Positions 52,693 to 64,000 of a stretch of 64,000 nt of DNA are shown in pieces. Every line of letters begins with the position of its first letter. Positions within the stretch are counted from its first letter, which is position 1. The notes under the pieces were generated by a model. That model saw nothing but the letters and a program-made list of their open reading frames with translations, made no database searches and was not told where the DNA came from. Source of the stretch: a virus; IMG/VR virus record IMGVR_UViG_3300021185_003853, positions 1 to 64,000 of that record; one strand, written 5' to 3'. The position numbers and the translations under genes were made by a program.

Positions 52693-54447
52693 ATGGCAAA
52701 GATTGCACCATATAATAAACTTGATTTCACACAAATTAAAGCGAACCTACTCGCTCATTTACAGAATCAAGATCAATTCAAGGGATTCGATTTCGAAGGA
52801 TCGAACATGAATGTGCTAGTTGATTTACTAGCGTATAACACATATAGTAATATGACTTATTATAATATGACGTTAGGAGAAACATTCCTCGATTCCGCAC
52901 AGTTAAAAAACAGTGTTGTATCTCATGCAAAAGAATTAAATTATTTACCACGTTCTAGACGTTCAGCAGGGGCATTATTATCATTACGTATTACTGCATC
53001 TCAGGCAGGTAATACATTTACAATACCTCGTGGAACATCTTTCCTAGGTAGATGTGGTAATGTGTCATATAATTTTATCACAAATAAGACATATAATGCA
53101 ACTCGTGAAGGACAAACTGCCAACGTATTTGTAGCGAATGATGTTGCTGTATTTGAAGGTCGTACTATAGTTGAAGTGCTTGATTATCAGAATACTGTAT
53201 TATCTAATTCGTTTATTGATACACGATCTATTCGTTTGTTTGTAAACGGTGAAGAGTATAGATACGCTACAGGTATATTCGGAGTTGTTGAGAATGATAA
53301 AGTATTCTATTTACAACCAGAGTTAAATGATAAGTATTCGATACAATTTGGTCAAACATTATTCGGGTATCAACCAACTGCAACCGATGTGATAGAAGTT
53401 CAGTATCGTGTATGTTCTGGGACTCAATCAAATGGTGTGAAAGCGTTTTCTGTTGATGCGGGAGCAATAGGAGCAACTAGCGTGATTGCGACTCCTGTTG
53501 GAAACTCGATAGGCGGCGCAGATGCTGAATCAGTGGAATCGGTAAGGGAGTTTGCCCCTAAGGCGTTTCAGGTTCAGGATCGTGCTGTGACTGCCAACGA
53601 TTACGAAGTTTTGCTTAAGACACAGTTTCCCGAAATAGAAAACATTAGTGTGTTTGGTGGTGATGAAGCAACGCCTCCTCAATATGGTCGTGTGATTGTT
53701 GCGGTTGATGTACAGGGTCGTGATGGTGCTGCTGCAACTGAAATGGCATTATATAAAGATTATATTAAGAGTAAGAGTCCGTTAGCAATCGAACCAATTT
53801 TTCAAGAAGCAAAATTCTTATATGCTAAAACGAATGTCGTAGTATCTTTTGATCGTAATAATATTCTTACATCTGTTGCGGGATTAGAAGCATTAGTTCG
53901 TGATGCATTGACTACGTATTCAAGTACAAATTTAAATAAGTTTGGTGCGACATTAGGTTCATCTGATTTAAGTTATTCATTATCATTAGCAAATGAAGCA
54001 ATCACATCTGTATCAGTAACAACAGATCCTATTATTGATTATAAACCTGTATTGAATGCAAATGAAAGTCCTACGTTTAACTTTAATCAAGAGTTATTAA
54101 AACCTTATCCATATAACGACACTAGTGGATTAACAGATTACAAACCATGTATTTCATCTACACGATTCACGATTGATAATACAATTGTTGAATTACAGGA
54201 TGATGGTAATGGTGTTATACAAGCGATTGTATCTAGTGATGCATTACGTTCTGTGTATAAGAAAAACTTAGGTACCGTGAATTATGATACAGGCGAAATC
54301 ATTTTGAAGGATTTACGCATACGTAATTTTGAAGGTGCCGCAATTCAAATTACTGTTAAGACAAAAACTCGTGACTTTACATCACCGAAGGATCGTATCT
54401 TTAGAATAAGACAAAGTGATACTACAGTAACAACAAGGGCAGTTTAA
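52693..54447 (+). CDS. gp6: baseplate wedge subunit gp6
   Basis: LDFTQIK, DFEGSNMNVLVDLLAYNT, FLDSAQLKNSVVSHAKELNY.P, QDRAVTANDY. Confidence 0.95.
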   Translation: MAKIAPYNKLDFTQIKANLLAHLQNQDQFKGFDFEGSNMNVLVDLLAYNTYSNMTYYNMTLGETFLDSAQLKNSVVSHAKELNYLPRSRRSAGALLSLRITASQAGNTFTIPRGTSFLGRCGNVSYNFITNKTYNATREGQTANVFVANDVAVFEGRTIVEVLDYQNTVLSNSFIDTRSIRLFVNGEEYRYATGIFGVVENDKVFYLQPELNDKYSIQFGQTLFGYQPTATDVIEVQYRVCSGTQSNGVKAFSVDAGAIGATSVIATPVGNSIGGADAESVESVREFAPKAFQVQDRAVTANDYEVLLKTQFPEIENISVFGGDEATPPQYGRVIVAVDVQGRDGAAATEMALYKDYIKSKSPLAIEPIFQEAKFLYAKTNVVVSFDRNNILTSVAGLEALVRDALTTYSSTNLNKFGATLGSSDLSYSLSLANEAITSVSVTTDPIIDYKPVLNANESPTFNFNQELLKPYPYNDTSGLTDYKPCISSTRFTIDNTIVELQDDGNGVIQAIVSSDALRSVYKKNLGTVNYDTGEIILKDLRIRNFEGAAIQITVKTKTRDFTSPKDRIFRIRQSDTTVTTRAV

Positions 54448-57419
54448 TGCAATACAGACCATCAACGATAGCGCCGACTATACCCGAGCAGTTCCCAGAT
54501 CACTATCGTGAAGATGGTCCTGATCTTGTTGAGTTCGTTAAACAGTATTATGAATATCTTGACGAAACAAATGATCGAAACTTTGCAGGATTACGTGACA
54601 TTGATTCGACATTAGAAAGTTTCCTAAAGTATTATAAGAACAAATATTTACACAATCTTCCTTTTGTAAATAAAGCACTTGAGGATATACCTTTCCTTGT
54701 TAAAAACATTGGCGATTTATATCGCAGTAAAGGTACGTCAGAAGCACTCGAACTGTTATTCAAAATGTTCTACAAAACGGAAGTTGAAACATACTTTCCG
54801 GCGTCTTCTATTCTGTCATTGTCTGATTCGAAATGGGCATTCTCTACATTCATTGAGTTCCTTCCTGTACAGGATGTATCAATCTTCCCTGTGAAGAAAG
54901 GAGATAGAATTGAAGGTGATACATCAAAAGCAACCGCATTCGTTGACGAAATTGTATTTTATAATATTGATGGTGTACTAGTTCCTGTAACGTACATATC
55001 AAACGTATACGGAAAGTTCACAAACGATGACGGATTACGTATAGAAAGAGATGGTGTTGTTACATATCCTGGTAAATTGATATACGGATCTATTGAATCG
55101 ACAACTGTATTAACTAGAGATGCAACAGCAAATAATGTAGTAGGTAACAAATTAAAAATTGTTTCAAGCAGAACAGGTGTTGATGGCGAAGCAACAGTTC
55201 GAACAGTATCCGATATTCCAACGGGTGTTGTTGATTGGCAATTATTGGATAGTGGTTGGGGATATGCAGTTCCTGAAGGATCAACACAGAGTGGGAGTAA
55301 TTATACAGTAGGTCCTAACTCAGTTGATACAGAAAACGAAATATTGACATCGACACAAGTATTGATTGTTGCAGGAGATGAAGTACCTGATCTTGTTCCT
55401 GGTACAACTGTCATCGCCATCAATACACCTGTAAACGAAGTTTCAAATGGATCATCAACACCAGTAGCAAATAAGCGATTTGATGGTATTGGAAAAGTTA
55501 TCGCATACGAACATCCAATCATTTATGTGTACGCATTTCCCGAATCGACAACAACTGATTTCGCAGATGGTGCATTTGTCGTAAGAAATACTGTTACAGG
55601 TCTTGAAGAGGATTGGCCTTTTGCCCCAGCCGTCATTAATCCAAGAGCACAGGTTCAGGTCGGTGGTGTAGGTACGGTTGAAATATCATCGATGACACGA
55701 TATAATGATTCAGCATCATTTTCGTTTGAAAAGTTTTCGAATGCCGAAACAGTATCATTCCTAGATGACATTATAAGTTTCTTTCTTTCGAAGCCGCTAG
55801 ATGCATTTAATTATAATATGGGCGGGAGAATTAATCCTAATAATAAAGATACTAAAATTCAAGATGCCCTGGGTGTAACGACAACGACTATTGGATCAAT
55901 CGATGAGATCAGAGTCGAAAGTTCGGGTGATAGTTATAAGAACAATGTGAGAACACGATTACGAAACCCAACAATCTTTCCTCACGATTTAGGATTGATT
56001 GGATTGACATTTGATGTGACTAACTTCATCATTCAAGAAGGCGACATAATTGAACAAGATATTCAAATTGAAGATTTGACACGAGACAGCGAAGGTGCGT
56101 TTATAAACTCTGGTCAACAAATAACACATACGACAAGAGGACGATTTGTTCGTAGGGAAGGAAACATTTTCTATTTCCAACCATTAAGTTATTATCCCTT
56201 TAGTATTGATGGCACATCAATTACATTCAAGGGTAGAGCATTGACCGTAGAATCAGTATCTAGATTACCAGAAAATACTGCTGGCGGTAATGCTGTCGTT
56301 GAAGGTGAGGCAGAATATTTGTCAGGACAGATAACAGAAATTGATATTGCAAGATCAGGTTTCAGATATACGTCAGGTGAAACTGTTGACTTAGTTGGCA
56401 ACGATGAGGATGATGAAGACAAATATCAACAAATAGTTGCCAAGGCAAAAATTGATGTTGGGGGAATGGGAGAAACGGCAGGTAACTGGGTAACTACAAC
56501 GTCACACCTTTCTGATAACAATAGATTCATTCACGATAATTATTATTATCAACAATATTCATATGATGTATCGACTATACTAGATCCTCCGGTGTATGAA
56601 AAAACAGTAAAAGATATAACGCATGTTGCAGGGACTAAGTTATTCGGCACACCTCTGATTGCTACGATTGATGATATTCGCCCAGAAATTGATGCGAGTG
56701 TTGGTCAGACAGAAACAATATTAAAAATTATTGTTGCACGACTCGAGGTAATTACTAACGCAATTTATGAAGTGTTAATCATAAATACTCAAGGTACTAC
56801 TTTGCAATCTAGAGCGCCGCTATTGTATGATGTTATTCGTGAGGATGACCCTTCAGGCATACCTTATGCCACTCTTGACCCAGATGGGTTAACTGGATTA
56901 ACTCAAATTCAACTTTTAACTTTGTGGAACCTCAGCACTTTAACTTCAACTGGATATCCTGAGGTTGATGCCCGACTAGATGCACTGTCTGATCATATAA
57001 CCGACAATGTATTGTCTGTTGAAAATGGGTTTCAAGGTGTTTATGGATACGCAGTACAGTTGTTTAATTACGACTATTCGCTTGTTGAACCTAGCGATGA
57101 TTATCCTGATGGATTCTCTCCGTTAATGTTAGAAGCGGATACAACAGATCCTAGCGCATATGAAACACTTACACAAATTACTGTTGGCCCAGGAGATTTT
57201 GTCGTAGGAACAACTTACCAGATTGTTGATCTCGGAAATCTTGCAGGCAGTAGTCCACAATGGAATGATGCTGCGGATACAGGAGCACAAACTTATTCGC
57301 AAGGATCAGTATTTAGAGCAAATAATGACGGATCTTTATTGACAAATGCGGTTGTTATTCCTGCACTCATGGCATCAATTGTCGAAACAGGTACTGATAC
57401 AGTAGTCGGATTTGATTAA
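54447..57419 (+). CDS. baseplate wedge initiator gp7-like
   Basis: QFPDHYRE, FVKQYYEYL, LYRSKGT, IHDNYYYQQYSY, HVAGTKLFG. Confidence 0.8.
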   Translation: MQYRPSTIAPTIPEQFPDHYREDGPDLVEFVKQYYEYLDETNDRNFAGLRDIDSTLESFLKYYKNKYLHNLPFVNKALEDIPFLVKNIGDLYRSKGTSEALELLFKMFYKTEVETYFPASSILSLSDSKWAFSTFIEFLPVQDVSIFPVKKGDRIEGDTSKATAFVDEIVFYNIDGVLVPVTYISNVYGKFTNDDGLRIERDGVVTYPGKLIYGSIESTTVLTRDATANNVVGNKLKIVSSRTGVDGEATVRTVSDIPTGVVDWQLLDSGWGYAVPEGSTQSGSNYTVGPNSVDTENEILTSTQVLIVAGDEVPDLVPGTTVIAINTPVNEVSNGSSTPVANKRFDGIGKVIAYEHPIIYVYAFPESTTTDFADGAFVVRNTVTGLEEDWPFAPAVINPRAQVQVGGVGTVEISSMTRYNDSASFSFEKFSNAETVSFLDDIISFFLSKPLDAFNYNMGGRINPNNKDTKIQDALGVTTTTIGSIDEIRVESSGDSYKNNVRTRLRNPTIFPHDLGLIGLTFDVTNFIIQEGDIIEQDIQIEDLTRDSEGAFINSGQQITHTTRGRFVRREGNIFYFQPLSYYPFSIDGTSITFKGRALTVESVSRLPENTAGGNAVVEGEAEYLSGQITEIDIARSGFRYTSGETVDLVGNDEDDEDKYQQIVAKAKIDVGGMGETAGNWVTTTSHLSDNNRFIHDNYYYQQYSYDVSTILDPPVYEKTVKDITHVAGTKLFGTPLIATIDDIRPEIDASVGQTETILKIIVARLEVITNAIYEVLIINTQGTTLQSRAPLLYDVIREDDPSGIPYATLDPDGLTGLTQIQLLTLWNLSTLTSTGYPEVDARLDALSDHITDNVLSVENGFQGVYGYAVQLFNYDYSLVEPSDDYPDGFSPLMLEADTTDPSAYETLTQITVGPGDFVVGTTYQIVDLGNLAGSSPQWNDAADTGAQTYSQGSVFRANNDGSLLTNAVVIPALMASIVETGTDTVVGFD

Positions 57420-57424
57420 TAGTA

Positions 57425-57432
57425 TATAAATA
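57425..57432 (+). promoter_or_regulatory. T4-type late promoter
   Basis: TATAAATA upstream of gene 8. Confidence 0.75.
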
Positions 57433-57458
57433 AAACAAACACTTAGGAAAACTTTTAC

Positions 57459-59120
57459 ATGGCAAAGGTTGTAACTGAAAATTTTAGAGTTGAATCAACA
57501 AATGAGTTCGTAGATTCATTTGCGAACGCTAACGGCAATAATTATTACATTATGGCATCTTCAGTTAGTGAAGATTCAACCATCGCTAACACTCAAAAAG
57601 ATATTAGAGAGTTTCAGCGTAAAGTGGTGTTCGGCAATAAGATTGACTCGAGCAATGTTAGATACATGTTTAACATTAAACCATGGGTGACAGGAACTGT
57701 ATATGACATATTCGATGATACTCAAGACATGAGTACAAAGAATTTTTACGTGACCGTTCTCGATGGCACAATCAACGAAACATCATATAAGGTTTACAAG
57801 TGCTTGAGAAACAATAACAATTCGCCTTCTGTCGATACGCCTCCTACTGCTGAGTTAGAGTCTGGGTATGAGGTAACGTCAGGTGACGGATATGTATGGA
57901 AATATTTGTTCGATGTGCCTCCTGCGCAATACTTATTGTTTGGCACATCAAAATTCTTACCCTTTATTCCTAACTCTGCTGTTACTGCTGCTGCAACACA
58001 AAGTATTAGTGATATTTTGATAACTGATGTCGATGCTGGCGCATTTAAACCATACCTCATAGGAGAAGATGGTACGCCCACAAAAGCAACAATTGCATCA
58101 GTATCTTCGGACATTATTGTTGATCAATATCAATTACAGTTAACGTGTTCTAGGGTGCCGAAAAATGCGACAAACGCTTACACTAACATGTATGTGAGAA
58201 CTACCTCTGGACACATATTTGATATTGTCGAAAGTTCCATACCTGCTAATGTTGATTCAACAACAAACAAAACTCTTAACATATTTGTTAAGACGCCGAT
58301 AAATCTAAATAATGAAGCTGGGTTATCAGGCGGTGCTTGTTTTATTGTTCCTAAAGTTTATATAACTGAACCTGACGACTCGACAGGAACTCAGGCCATT
58401 GCGTATGGCGTATTAAGCAATGAGGGTACATTGACGTCTATTAACTTTAAGACAAAAGGCTCAGGTTATACATTTGCGAGCGCAGAAATTAAGGCGCCAC
58501 CTGCAGTGCAGTTTTCAGATACATCTGTTAGAACTATTGTATCGCCGTCAGGTGGACACGGATCAGATCCTGTGCATGAATTGTTTATGAGTAAAGTAGG
58601 AACGGTTACTAGTTTCGTTACTGATACAAATACAAGCATTCCTGATTCAAATCAATATACAAAAATAGGTCTTGTCAAAAATCCTACATTCAGAGATGAC
58701 ACATATCCTGCTGATTTTGATAACAGGGTGCTGGTTTCTATAGACGAAGCATTGGACGCATCACAGGTTGTTGTCGGCAGTATTGTTAAGCAAGCGTCAT
58801 CTTATGATATTGACGGAAATCCTATAGGCACAGAGGTTGTTGGGACTGTTCATGAAATTATCACATCTCACAATAATCAAACAGGTTTATATATTGTTGA
58901 TAATGTTGGCGCATATAATAAAGAATTTGAGGCAGGCGCCTTTCAAATATTTGCCGTCGAAGGAGATGCAAACACATCCTATCAAGGCGCCATAAACACT
59001 GTTAGCACACGACATAAATATAATAAGTATTCCGGAGAAGTAATGCACTTTGTTGACTTTGATCCGATCACACGAACCGCTACATCTAAAGAAAAAGTAA
59101 AACTTATTTTCGACTTTTAG
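57459..59120 (+). CDS. gp8: baseplate wedge subunit gp8
   Basis: W..GTVYD, VYKCL.N, DGYVWKYLF, GGHGSDPVHEL, SGEV, EKVKLIFDF. Confidence 0.88.
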   Translation: MAKVVTENFRVESTNEFVDSFANANGNNYYIMASSVSEDSTIANTQKDIREFQRKVVFGNKIDSSNVRYMFNIKPWVTGTVYDIFDDTQDMSTKNFYVTVLDGTINETSYKVYKCLRNNNNSPSVDTPPTAELESGYEVTSGDGYVWKYLFDVPPAQYLLFGTSKFLPFIPNSAVTAAATQSISDILITDVDAGAFKPYLIGEDGTPTKATIASVSSDIIVDQYQLQLTCSRVPKNATNAYTNMYVRTTSGHIFDIVESSIPANVDSTTNKTLNIFVKTPINLNNEAGLSGGACFIVPKVYITEPDDSTGTQAIAYGVLSNEGTLTSINFKTKGSGYTFASAEIKAPPAVQFSDTSVRTIVSPSGGHGSDPVHELFMSKVGTVTSFVTDTNTSIPDSNQYTKIGLVKNPTFRDDTYPADFDNRVLVSIDEALDASQVVVGSIVKQASSYDIDGNPIGTEVVGTVHEIITSHNNQTGLYIVDNVGAYNKEFEAGAFQIFAVEGDANTSYQGAINTVSTRHKYNKYSGEVMHFVDFDPITRTATSKEKVKLIFDF

Positions 59121-59137
59121 AGGAAAGAGTAAACTAA

Positions 59138-62100
59138 ATGGGTATTAACACAAATCTAAACACAGCTCCTTACAATGATGACTTTGATGCTGACAAGCAA
59201 TACATTCGTGTGTTGTTTAAACCAGCACGGGCAGTTCAAGCAAGAGAGATGACACAACTACAATCAATCCTTCAAAATCAGATAGAAAGGTTTGGTAATA
59301 ATATTTACCAAGAAGGAACAATCATTGAAGGTGTGAACCCAACGGTTGATAAAAATGTCAATTTTGTCAAGATTAATGATCAATCAGGTATTGATGACTT
59401 AACAATTTATGCATCGACAGATGATGTTTCGTATTTCATCGAAGGCCTTTCTTCAGGACTTACTGCAAGAATCGTTGCTGGGGCAAATGGATTCCAGAGT
59501 GATGCGCCTGACTTGAAAACATTTTTTGTAAAGTATTTGCAATCAGTTGCAAACCAAGCTGGCACAGACGTTAAGCAATTTATTTCTGGTGAACTATTAA
59601 GTGTTACAAGAGAAGAAGATGGCGTAACGACAGCTGTTGCAACTGTCACAGCAAACGATGGGACTGATCATGTCGGAGAATCTTTAGCTGTTCAAGTAAC
59701 TGATGGAGTAATCTATCAGCATGGACACTTTAATTATGTTGCACCGCAACTTATCATCGCATCAAAGTATGATATTATTCCTGCTGATATCTCAGTAGGT
59801 TTTAACATCAATGAATCAATCGTTGACTCGGCACTAGACAATACATTGCTGGACAATGCCCAAGGATTTAACAATTTTAATGCTCCTGGTGCCGATAGAT
59901 TAAAACTAGAACCTAAGTTGGCAGTATATGATACTGCAACAAGACCTGAATCATTCTTTGCATTATTGAGAATCGAAAAGGGACAGACAGTATTTGTTCG
60001 TGGCGATACACAGTTTAACTCCATTAAAAAAGAACTTGCAAAAAGAACACAAGATGAGTCGGGCAGTTATGTTGTTAGTGGGTTACCTATCACAACAGAA
60101 AAAGATTCAGATGGGAAGTTTCAGGCTGTTATTGGTGCAGGACGGGCATATGCGTTCGGGTTCGAGATAAACAACATAGGTAAAACACGACTAGAGATTG
60201 AGCCCAGTGCAACAACAAGCACAAAATCTTTACAATCAACAGGTGTTGAGTATGGCGGATATCTGACAGTAGATGTATCATCAGCAGGCACTGACGTTGA
60301 ATCATTTAATTTCTCTGATAGATATAAATTGTGCAATTCGGCACAGCAAGACATAGGCACATGTTCAATACGAAACATTGAACCCGTAGGCAATGATAAG
60401 TTAAGAATTTATGTATATGCAGTGCAAAAAAATGAAAATGAACAAACTACTGATATAGCATTTATTTACAAAAATGCGACAACAAAAACTGCTGTATTAT
60501 CCGGCAACATCGTTGATGCGAATAAAGGATTGGCTATATTTGATACAGGCCGCCAAGGCATGAAGTCGGTTTCTAGTGTCGTATACACAGAAAGACAAAG
60601 AAAATATTACCCTATACCTGTTTCGTCATCATCTCCTATTCTGATTCCTGTTGAGGTTAACGGGCAAGTAACGACATCACCTATCACACAAGGCGGAGCT
60701 TTTGCAATTGACATTTCTGGGGAATATGTCGGCGCAACGATCGTAGAATCAGTCGCATCACCTAACACAGGTATCAGCATAACATTCCCAGCAGGTAAGA
60801 CCCTACAATATATCTATTACAATGCGAACATTAGTGGTGTTACACAAGACACATTAACAGCAATTGATGTTTGGGTTACTACTAGTCATTCTGCGATAAA
60901 TAATTTTGCTTCTTTAGGTCTTCCTAATGCTGTTGTACTTAATCAGGTTAAGGATAGTGAAGGAAAGGATGTCACGAGCAAGTTTGCATTACAAAGAAAT
61001 CAAAATGATGCATATTACGGGCTATCTTATCTTACGCTTAAATCAGGTGAAACGCTTGGTGCGGCAACTGCAACGATAAGTGCAAACTTCACTGTTCTTC
61101 AAAGAACTGTTAATGGTGGGTATATAACGCCGAATAGTTATAGCAATATTACTGATGTTTCTGAAAAACTTACATCATATACTGGCAGGAACGGAAAAAC
61201 GTATAATCTTTTAAATTCGTTTGATTTCAGACCTTATGCAGATACAACAGTTCAATACCTGACTGAAGAGGCGGGCGCTGCATCAGTCAACATTTCATCT
61301 TTACAACTTGACACTTTAGGATCTGCAATTCCTGTGTCATCGAATTCTACTATACTTGCAACACAAGAATATTATTTGGGCAGAATAGACAAACTTGCAA
61401 TTGACAAAACACAACAGTTTGTGATTGTAAAGGGTCAACCTGCTGATAACCCAGGAAAAGTTGTTAACGATTCTGTGTTCGGCATAGCAGACATTTTTGT
61501 GCCTGGTGTTAATATGTCTGTGTCAAAAGCAAATCCGATAAGAGTTGAAAGAAACACAATTAAAAATTACACTATGAAAGACATTGAATCAATTGAAAAA
61601 AGAGTTGATAGGGTTTTCGATGTGCTATCATTGAGTTTGCTTGAATCACAAACAAAAGATATGTTCATTCCCGATGCAAGCGGAAACAATAGATTTAAGA
61701 ATGGCATCTTAGTAGATCAATTCAAAGACCTTAGAGTTGCGGATATCACTGACGGAGACTTCAAAGCGTCAATTGAATCAGTGCAGAAATATCTTGCTCC
61801 TGCAGTGACTCAGTTCCCTATTGATCTTAAAGTTGATAGCGCAACATCATCAAATGTTGTGTCGTATGACGATGTGACAACGCTATCAAGTTCTAGTAGA
61901 GAAACATTGCTTTCACAGGAATATGCAACAAGTTTCAGAAACTGTGCATCAAACTTTTATAATTACAACGGCACAGTTTTAATGGAACCTAAATTTGATG
62001 CTGGGTATGATGTTATTGAAAACCCTGCGGTCACAATAGATATCGATCTTGCTGGTGCTGTGCTTAGTGCAGTAGACACTATTCAACAATTCGTTCCGTT

Positions 62101-64000
62101 AACATCGACAACGCAAACAAATAGTGTTCAGTCAGAGTTTAATCAACAAGGAAACTTTTCTGTAGCGAGTATAACAGATTCATTCTTGACTGAAACTTTG
62201 ACTAGCGACACATTTAATACGACACAAAATTTAGGTTCATTCGTAACAGATTTTTCAATGACACCCTTCATGAATTCTAAAGTCATTAAAATCGGGGTTT
62301 CAGGATTACGACCAAACACAAGACATTATTTCTACTTTGATGAGAAACCTGTTTCTGCTCATGTTGCTCCTGGCGGCATTATAGAAAATGGCATTTCACG
62401 AAGCATTAAAGCTTCTGACATCTCTGCAATAGGGTCCAGAGGTGCTGCTGTTAAGTCAGATCAATACGGAAGATTATTTGCAGTATTCCAATTGCCCGGA
62501 CAAACATTCTTAGTAGGTGAAGCAGATCTGGTTATCTCAGATGCTGATCAATTCAATAGTATTGAATCAGCAGGAACATCTTCTGCTAAAGAAACTTATC
62601 GTGCGTATGGATTTACTGTGAACAGAACTGCAATAGGATCAGATGTCAGATCCGTTGACTTCGATATTGAATCAGACACATTCAGCACATCAAGAGAACT
62701 TAGAGTTTGGAATCCTCCACCAAGAAGAAGAGGCGGAGATCCATTAGCGCAAACTTTCGCAATTCAACCTGCGCAAGCAGAATATGCATCGTACATCTTT
62801 ACCGATAAACTTGATTTGTGGTTTAAGAAGAAATCACCTGCTTCACGAAGAAACGGAGTCACTGTCCAATTGCGTGAAGTTGAAAACGGGTATCCTACTG
62901 CTAAAATAGTGACATTTGGTATGAAACATGTTGACTGGAGTGAAATATCAATATCTGATGATGCATCATCAGCAACTACTGTTGTTTTTGATAATCCAGT
63001 CAAACTTGAAGTCGGGAAAGAATATGCAATTGTTGTTGTTCCTGATGCAACTGATCCTGATTATTTCATATGGACGGCAAAGGTCGGAGAGAATAGCATC
63101 AATGACGATAGTGTTCAGGTTTCATCTGACTGGGGTTCAGGTGTATTGTTTACATCAACAAACAACCAAGCATGGGAATCATATCAAAACGAAGACGTCA
63201 AATTTAAGTTGTACAAGATTCCGTTTTCCACAAATCCAGGACACATTGATCTTGTTGCTAATGACATGGAATTCATTGACATTAATCCTGATACACGCAA
63301 CGGCAACTTTATTGTTGATGAGTATGCTTATGTGTCATTATCAGGCAATACATTCTCAGGAAACTTAACATCTGAAAGAAAGATTAATGTTCCTAGTAGT
63401 TTAAGCGACTTTTCTATTGTTCAGGGTGACTTGGTCATTGTTGAAAAACAAGGAAGCACGCATGTGTCAACTGTTAAATCTTTGACAACTGTAGCATCAA
63501 ATCGTGTTATTGTTCTTTCAGATTTGCCGCCATTTACTGCAGGGCCATTGACAATATCGCTAGGTGTCGGAGGTAAAGTAACATACTTCAACCAAAACAA
63601 AGGCAATGCAGTGCATATCAAAGAAAGTACATCAAGAACTTCTGCGCAATATACAGCGTCAGCAACTGTTACAGGTGCAACGTCTGGGGCAACAGGAGAA
63701 ATCGTTTCTTTATCAAGCGCAAATGTGTCTTATATTCAACCTTTCGTTATGCAACAAAATACATTGCGAACTTCTAGTGAATTGACACTATTTAAAAATA
63801 CAGCAGCATTTGATACTGCAAACTTGTCGCCTGGCCAAGGTGTTCCTTTACACTCAAACCTTTTCTTGACAGGTGAACAAAGATCAATTCCGTCAAAACA
63901 ATTACTGCTCGCTGACACTGCAGGTAATCAAATTGATAGGTTTAGATTGAGACTAGATTTATCTAATAATGAATACAAATACGTAACACCTGTTATTGAT
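59138..64000 (+). CDS. large virion structural protein (DUF4815/VrlC-like), 3' truncated by the window
   Basis: MGINTNLNTAPYNDDF..KQYIRVLFKPARAVQAREMTQLQSILQNQIERFG; later APGADRLK, NRFKNGILVD, DPLAQTF; absent from the ORF track, consistent with no stop inside the window. Confidence 0.85.
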   Translation, partial: MGINTNLNTAPYNDDFDADKQYIRVLFKPARAVQAREMTQLQSILQNQIERFGNNIYQEGTIIEGVNPTVDKNVNFVKINDQSGIDDLTIYASTDDVSYFIEGLSSGLTARIVAGANGFQSDAPDLKTFFVKYLQSVANQAGTDVKQFISGELLSVTREEDGVTTAVATVTANDGTDHVGESLAVQVTDGVIYQHGHFNYVAPQLIIASKYDIIPADISVGFNINESIVDSALDNTLLDNAQGFNNFNAPGADRLKLEPKLAVYDTATRPESFFALLRIEKGQTVFVRGDTQFNSIKKELAKRTQDESGSYVVSGLPITTEKDSDGKFQAVIGAGRAYAFGFEINNIGKTRLEIEPSATTSTKSLQSTGVEYGGYLTVDVSSAGTDVESFNFSDRYKLCNSAQQDIGTCSIRNIEPVGNDKLRIYVYAVQKNENEQTTDIAFIYKNATTKTAVLSGNIVDANKGLAIFDTGRQGMKSVSSVVYTERQRKYYPIPVSSSSPILIPVEVNGQVTTSPITQGGAFAIDISGEYVGATIVESVASPNTGISITFPAGKTLQYIYYNANISGVTQDTLTAIDVWVTTSHSAINNFASLGLPNAVVLNQVKDSEGKDVTSKFALQRNQNDAYYGLSYLTLKSGETLGAATATISANFTVLQRTVNGGYITPNSYSNITDVSEKLTSYTGRNGKTYNLLNSFDFRPYADTTVQYLTEEAGAASVNISSLQLDTLGSAIPVSSNSTILATQEYYLGRIDKLAIDKTQQFVIVKGQPADNPGKVVNDSVFGIADIFVPGVNMSVSKANPIRVERNTIKNYTMKDIESIEKRVDRVFDVLSLSLLESQTKDMFIPDASGNNRFKNGILVDQFKDLRVADITDGDFKASIESVQKYLAPAVTQFPIDLKVDSATSSNVVSYDDVTTLSSSSRETLLSQEYATSFRNCASNFYNYNGTVLMEPKFDAGYDVIENPAVTIDIDLAGAVLSAVDTIQQFVPLTSTTQTNSVQSEFNQQGNFSVASITDSFLTETLTSDTFNTTQNLGSFVTDFSMTPFMNSKVIKIGVSGLRPNTRHYFYFDEKPVSAHVAPGGIIENGISRSIKASDISAIGSRGAAVKSDQYGRLFAVFQLPGQTFLVGEADLVISDADQFNSIESAGTSSAKETYRAYGFTVNRTAIGSDVRSVDFDIESDTFSTSRELRVWNPPPRRRGGDPLAQTFAIQPAQAEYASYIFTDKLDLWFKKKSPASRRNGVTVQLREVENGYPTAKIVTFGMKHVDWSEISISDDASSATTVVFDNPVKLEVGKEYAIVVVPDATDPDYFIWTAKVGENSINDDSVQVSSDWGSGVLFTSTNNQAWESYQNEDVKFKLYKIPFSTNPGHIDLVANDMEFIDINPDTRNGNFIVDEYAYVSLSGNTFSGNLTSERKINVPSSLSDFSIVQGDLVIVEKQGSTHVSTVKSLTTVASNRVIVLSDLPPFTAGPLTISLGVGGKVTYFNQNKGNAVHIKESTSRTSAQYTASATVTGATSGATGEIVSLSSANVSYIQPFVMQQNTLRTSSELTLFKNTAAFDTANLSPGQGVPLHSNLFLTGEQRSIPSKQLLLADTAGNQIDRFRLRLDLSNNEYKYVTPVID

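Noticed and set aside
62928-63368. 146-aa plus-strand ORF near the window end
   Set aside because: Out-of-frame overlap with the large DUF4815 gene, which continues through this region
1-64000. Stop-codon reassignment
   Set aside because: Genes translate full-length in the standard code, ending at TAA, TAG and TGA; no suppressor tRNA seen

Overview
A 64-kb segment of a large T4-like myophage genome, probably aquatic or marine with a proteobacterial host (inferred). The left ~34 kb is mostly accessory/early DNA. It has many sigma70-type promoters, RNase H, peroxiredoxin, PhoH, a PAAR-TSP3 fusion, a repeat-rich tail fibre with an S74 chaperone, an exonuclease, a DenV-like glycosylase, two tRNAs, GlyA, an S8 protease and a vWA/MoxR pair. 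It also carries an 8-gene operon joining curli-type secretion (CsgF, CsgG, two curlin-like proteins) with a FecR-domain protein and a CHASE2 adenylate cyclase. The right ~30 kb holds a SleB-like hydrolase, hemO-pcyX, the dsbA-33-59-32 cluster and the tail/baseplate block (tape-measure-like, 51-like, 26-like, 54, 2, 4, 48, 53, 27-like, 5, 25, 6, 7, 8, and a DUF4815 protein running off the end). Main observations: (1) the curli-FecR-cyclase operon looks like a phage-encoded trans-envelope signalling system; (2) a probable Shine-Dalgarno-stimulated -1 frameshift joins the gp26-like and gp51-like ORFs, as in lambda G/GT; (3) GCWGC avoidance switches sharply at ~34.2 kb, and only GGCWGCC survives to the left; (4) there are several candidate structured RNAs. 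All calls come from reading the sequence; no database searches were run.
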